NCBI RefSeq assembly: GCF_009914755.1
Contig: NC_060934.1
Length of the DNA stretch: 64,000 nucleotides
Origin: the human T2T-CHM13v2.0 reference genome, Homo sapiens
Strand: one strand, 5' to 3'
The notes beneath the pieces are model-generated. The model had not been told where the DNA came from. It searched no databases and saw nothing but the letters and a program-made list of their open reading frames with translations. The position numbers and the translations under genes were made by a program. Shown here piece by piece: positions 59,819 through 64,000 of the stretch; within the stretch, counting starts at the first letter, position 1; the number at the start of each line of letters is the position of its first letter.

Positions 59819-60232
59819 TTGTAACACTCAGATTTAGAAACTCTACTTTTGTTTCATAAAATGAGGTATCTTTTTACTCATTAAATTATTTAAGTGTTTC
59901 AAACAGGCCAGCTTCTATCTAGGCCTTACCCAACAGACACTGTTTTCATGTCAATCCTATCAAGGCAGAAAGAGTTTTTATCCTAAACAACAATAAATGA
60001 AAATCCAGCTTATCCAGGTGGTTACCTCAAGTCTCCTTTTATCAGACTGAGGGCTTGGAGATCAGTCTTGGTTGCAACCTTTGCCAGCAAGCAGGGTAAG
60101 TCTCCAGTGATGGGTCTTGCTCTGTTGCCCAGGCCCTCACATTTCCACATAGATACAGCCTGTAGGGGAGCACATTTCTTTTCCAGGTGTTGCTAAATAA
60201 AAATAATTAAAGAACTGAGGTTCATATGAGCC

Positions 60233-60348
60233 TTTTTTTTTTTTTTTTTTTTTTTTTGACAAGAGTCTTGTTCTGCTGCCCAGGCTAGAGTTCAGTGGAG
60301 TGATTATAGCTCATTGCAGCCTTGAACTTCTAGGCTCAAGCAATCCTC
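60233..60348 (-). mobile_element. Truncated AluJ/FLAM-like monomer with long T run
   Basis: T run then gacaagagtcttg..cccaggctagagt.cagtgg..gctcaagcaatcctc. Confidence 0.85.
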
Positions 60349-60372
60349 TCTACAGACAATTTTGTAATTTGA

Positions 60373-60702
<330 letters not shown>

Positions 60703-61291
60703 TAAACAATCATGAAAAATCATCATTTGACTAATGTACCATTAGTCTTTATGAATTTATTCATTCATTTAATAAGCACCTATTGAGCACATGTCTGTGG
60801 TATGTGCAACTTTATACCATAGAAAATAGAGATGTTGATGACAATTTGCTTGCATTTTTACAAGCTTTTATTTTTAAAATAATTTCCAAATGTATTACCT
60901 TATCTAATCCGAAGTAGAAGAAACATCTTTGATTTTCTTTTTGAAAAATTAGGCTCTTTGAGAAACAATAAGTCCCACACCAATGTAAAAAAAATTAATT
61001 GTATACTTTGCTTATGTTTTATAAAACAGGAAAATTAATGAGATCATCTGAGAAGGATACTTGAAAGTGTTTGACACTTAGAGCAATTTTTTAAGTTTGA
61101 GGATGAATACGAGTAAATTTTTTAAATTTTTCATATAATCACCATCTGGAAATTTTGCGAAAAACCACTGTACTAATTGATGCTATTAGTATGCACAGGA
61201 AAAAAATAGTGCAATGGAATATATAATGGAGTCTTTCCTTCCATTAATTTTCCTATATGTGCTGTGATTACATATATTTCAATACATGTAA

Positions 61292-61596
<305 letters not shown>

Positions 61597-62809
61597 TAAT
61601 ATTCTGGTTTTTAAGTAATATTAGAGCATAAATATTAACATGCTATTGTACAGTATTCATAACCATCTTGTTAGTATTTATATCATATTACAGTAGGTGA
61701 CTACTATATGATTATAATGTATCATATAACAAATGCCCTATTACTAGACACACAGTCTTCCAACTTTTCGGCTATATTGTATATAATTATCTCTTCATAT
61801 TGCTGTTGTTTTCTTACAGTAGTTACTAGAAGCCTATTTTTAATAATTTATCTTCTTTTGACTTTAAGCTTTCTTGTTGAAATTATGACAGATCATTGCA
61901 AAATTAAGATCATTAAAATCCTAATAAAGAGTTTTGCTGCACTTGTCACTTGTTTAAATCTACATCTGTTCTTGAGTTACTAGTCCTCCACAATTTTCTC
62001 TGACTGCTTTGTTCCTCTGCAAAGTAAATAATATATTTTTCTGTCAACTTTTGGTGTACAGAAGTGGGCTCATTAACATCAATAAGCCACTCTGTACCCA
62101 AATATAAGAGCTAAACATAAAAAATGAATCAGTAATGGGAGACACTAAGTGTTGAATTAAACAGCGAAATATCTTGGGCCTCTGGAATCATTCCTGCGCA
62201 TTGAAGACTGACTTAGTAACACCTTTTCCTGAGTAACACAGTGGGTTTGCTCTGCCTCTATTTATTTTCTGTCTTTTTTCCCTAAGCCTGTTTGCATAAA
62301 AACGAAACGTTTCTGGTTTCCCACCTGCATAACACCATTCTGCTACTCTTCTATACTCCTTTAATTAATCAGTCATCATGAAATCATTTTATATTCCTCC
62401 CATCTCATGAATAGAGAAAACTATCCATAGATCCTATTGAGCCATTCACAGTGCTTGCTAACATCCCATTGATGGTAGGTTTTATAAAAGAAAGCAAATC
62501 AAGACTTCTGTTATATTTAAAGTTTCACATCCATAAAGGTTTATTGCGGCCTCCCTGCAATTGACTCCTAGAAAATGCTTTCTTTCAGTGAATTTCAGTG
62601 CAGATCATTTAAAGGGGGAGAAATATGCAATTATTGCAGAAACAAAACCTAAAGGACCAAATTTCTTCACCCAAAAAAATAAATAAATACACGGTTCTAT
62701 AAGATACATGCACTTTGAAATATCTCTACATAAATTGCCAAATATAACTAGGAGCGCTTCAGAAGGCTGGTTAGCTATTTAAGGTATATACAAAGAAGAT
62801 TGGATAAAA

Positions 62810-63400
62810 ATTTGCAAATAGGAATGTTAAGATCTTTTTATCTTTCATGTTGTGACAAATTAAATACATTATTCACTATAAAAATTTCAAATTAACAGAA
62901 AAGCACCAGGAAGAAAATAAAATAAAATCCACTGGTAATCCTTTAATCTTTTACATAGAAAGAACCACATTATTAATATTATGCATATTTTAAATATTTT
63001 TCTATTAGAGCTTTTTTGGGTTTTAGTTTTAGTTTTCACAAAACAAGGATCATGCTCCATGTGTTTTAAACCTTGATTTTTTTCAATTAAAGATACACTC
63101 TGAACAATTTCCTGTGGTATTAGGTTCCTAAAATGTGATTTTTGTCAGCCATATATTCTATATGTTAATATACCACAAATTATTTAGTTCCTGTTTTTAA
63201 GTTGGGATTTTTTAGTACACATAATTGTAATTACAACTTTACATAAATTTTTGTATGCCCCTTATTATTTCCTTAAGAGAGACTTCTGGAAAAATTACTG
63301 ATTTTGCTAGCCAAACAGTACTTTAAAGATGTTTAGAAAATGTTGTCAAGATGTCCATGAAGGACATGTCATTCATTTAATCTATGAAAATTATATTAAA
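62810..63400 (-). mobile_element. Very old L1 3' fragment
   Basis: Degenerate L1ME-like motifs (aaaatttcaaattaacagaaaagc; cacaaaacaaggatcatgctcca; atataccacaaattatttag). Confidence 0.6.
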
Positions 63401-63556
63401 TTTTATTTATTTTTTTCCAGCTTCTTGGAAGCATTATTGACAAACAAAATTCTATAAATTTAAGGTATACAATGTGATGTTTTTGTATACATATACGTTG
63501 TGAAATGATTACCACAATTAACCTAACTGACATATCTACTACCTCACATAGTTAGC

Positions 63557-63596
<40 letters not shown>

Positions 63597-64000
63597 GTGA
63601 AATCACTCTAGATCTACTCTTTTAACAAATTTTGAGTACAAAATACATTATTAACTACAGTCATCATGCTGTACAGGAAGTCCCCAGAACTTACTCATCT
63701 TATACCAGAAGGTTTTATGCTTTAACTAACATCTCCCCAACATTCACCCCCGAGCCACTGGCACACCATAGTACTCTGTTTTTATTAGTTTGGCTATTTT
63801 AGAGTCCACAGATAAGTGAGATTATGTAGTATTTGTCTTTCTGTGGCTGGTCTATTTCACTCAACATAATTTCCTCCAGGTTCATCCATGTTGTCACAAA
63901 TAAGATTTCCTTCTTATTTGAAGCAGAATAGTATCCCATTGTGTGTATATACATTTTCTTTAAGAATTCACCAGTTGATGGACACTTAGGTTGATTTCAT
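63400..64000 (-). mobile_element. L1MA-type 3' end running off the window, with (TG)n at ~63559-63592
   Basis: atttaaggtatacaatgtgatg..gtgaaatgattaccacaat..gtccacagataagtgagattatg..caggttcatccatgttgtcacaaa. Confidence 0.9.

Overview
Primate (very probably human) intronic or intergenic DNA. It is AT-rich, CpG-depleted and has no CpG island. More than half is recognisable interspersed repeat: L1 fragments of several ages (including a three-level L1 nest at 17.1-22.3 kb and a chimeric, near-full-length L1MA at 30.1-37.0 kb), a decayed ERV-L provirus piece (3' LTR, dUTPase, IN, RNase H, RT), solo LTRs (MLT2, MER11, MER41-type, MSTA, THE1), DNA transposons (MER58A, Tigger2a, Tigger3-type), about ten Alus, MIR/L2, microsatellites and a 42-nt 5S rRNA retro-fragment. 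I could not recognise any host protein-coding exon or name the locus; the supplied ORFs I could assign are repeat-derived and the rest look like chance ORFs. I found no support for a new biological system. The best oddities concern retrotransposition mechanics: a 75-100 bp target-site duplication (TSD) around an L1PB, an orphan poly(A) insertion with a perfect TSD, and a tailless 5S copy. There are also speculative minus-strand promoter/exon and enhancer candidates in the repeat-poor stretches. Repeat subfamily names come from recalled consensus sequences and need RepeatMasker/Dfam confirmation.
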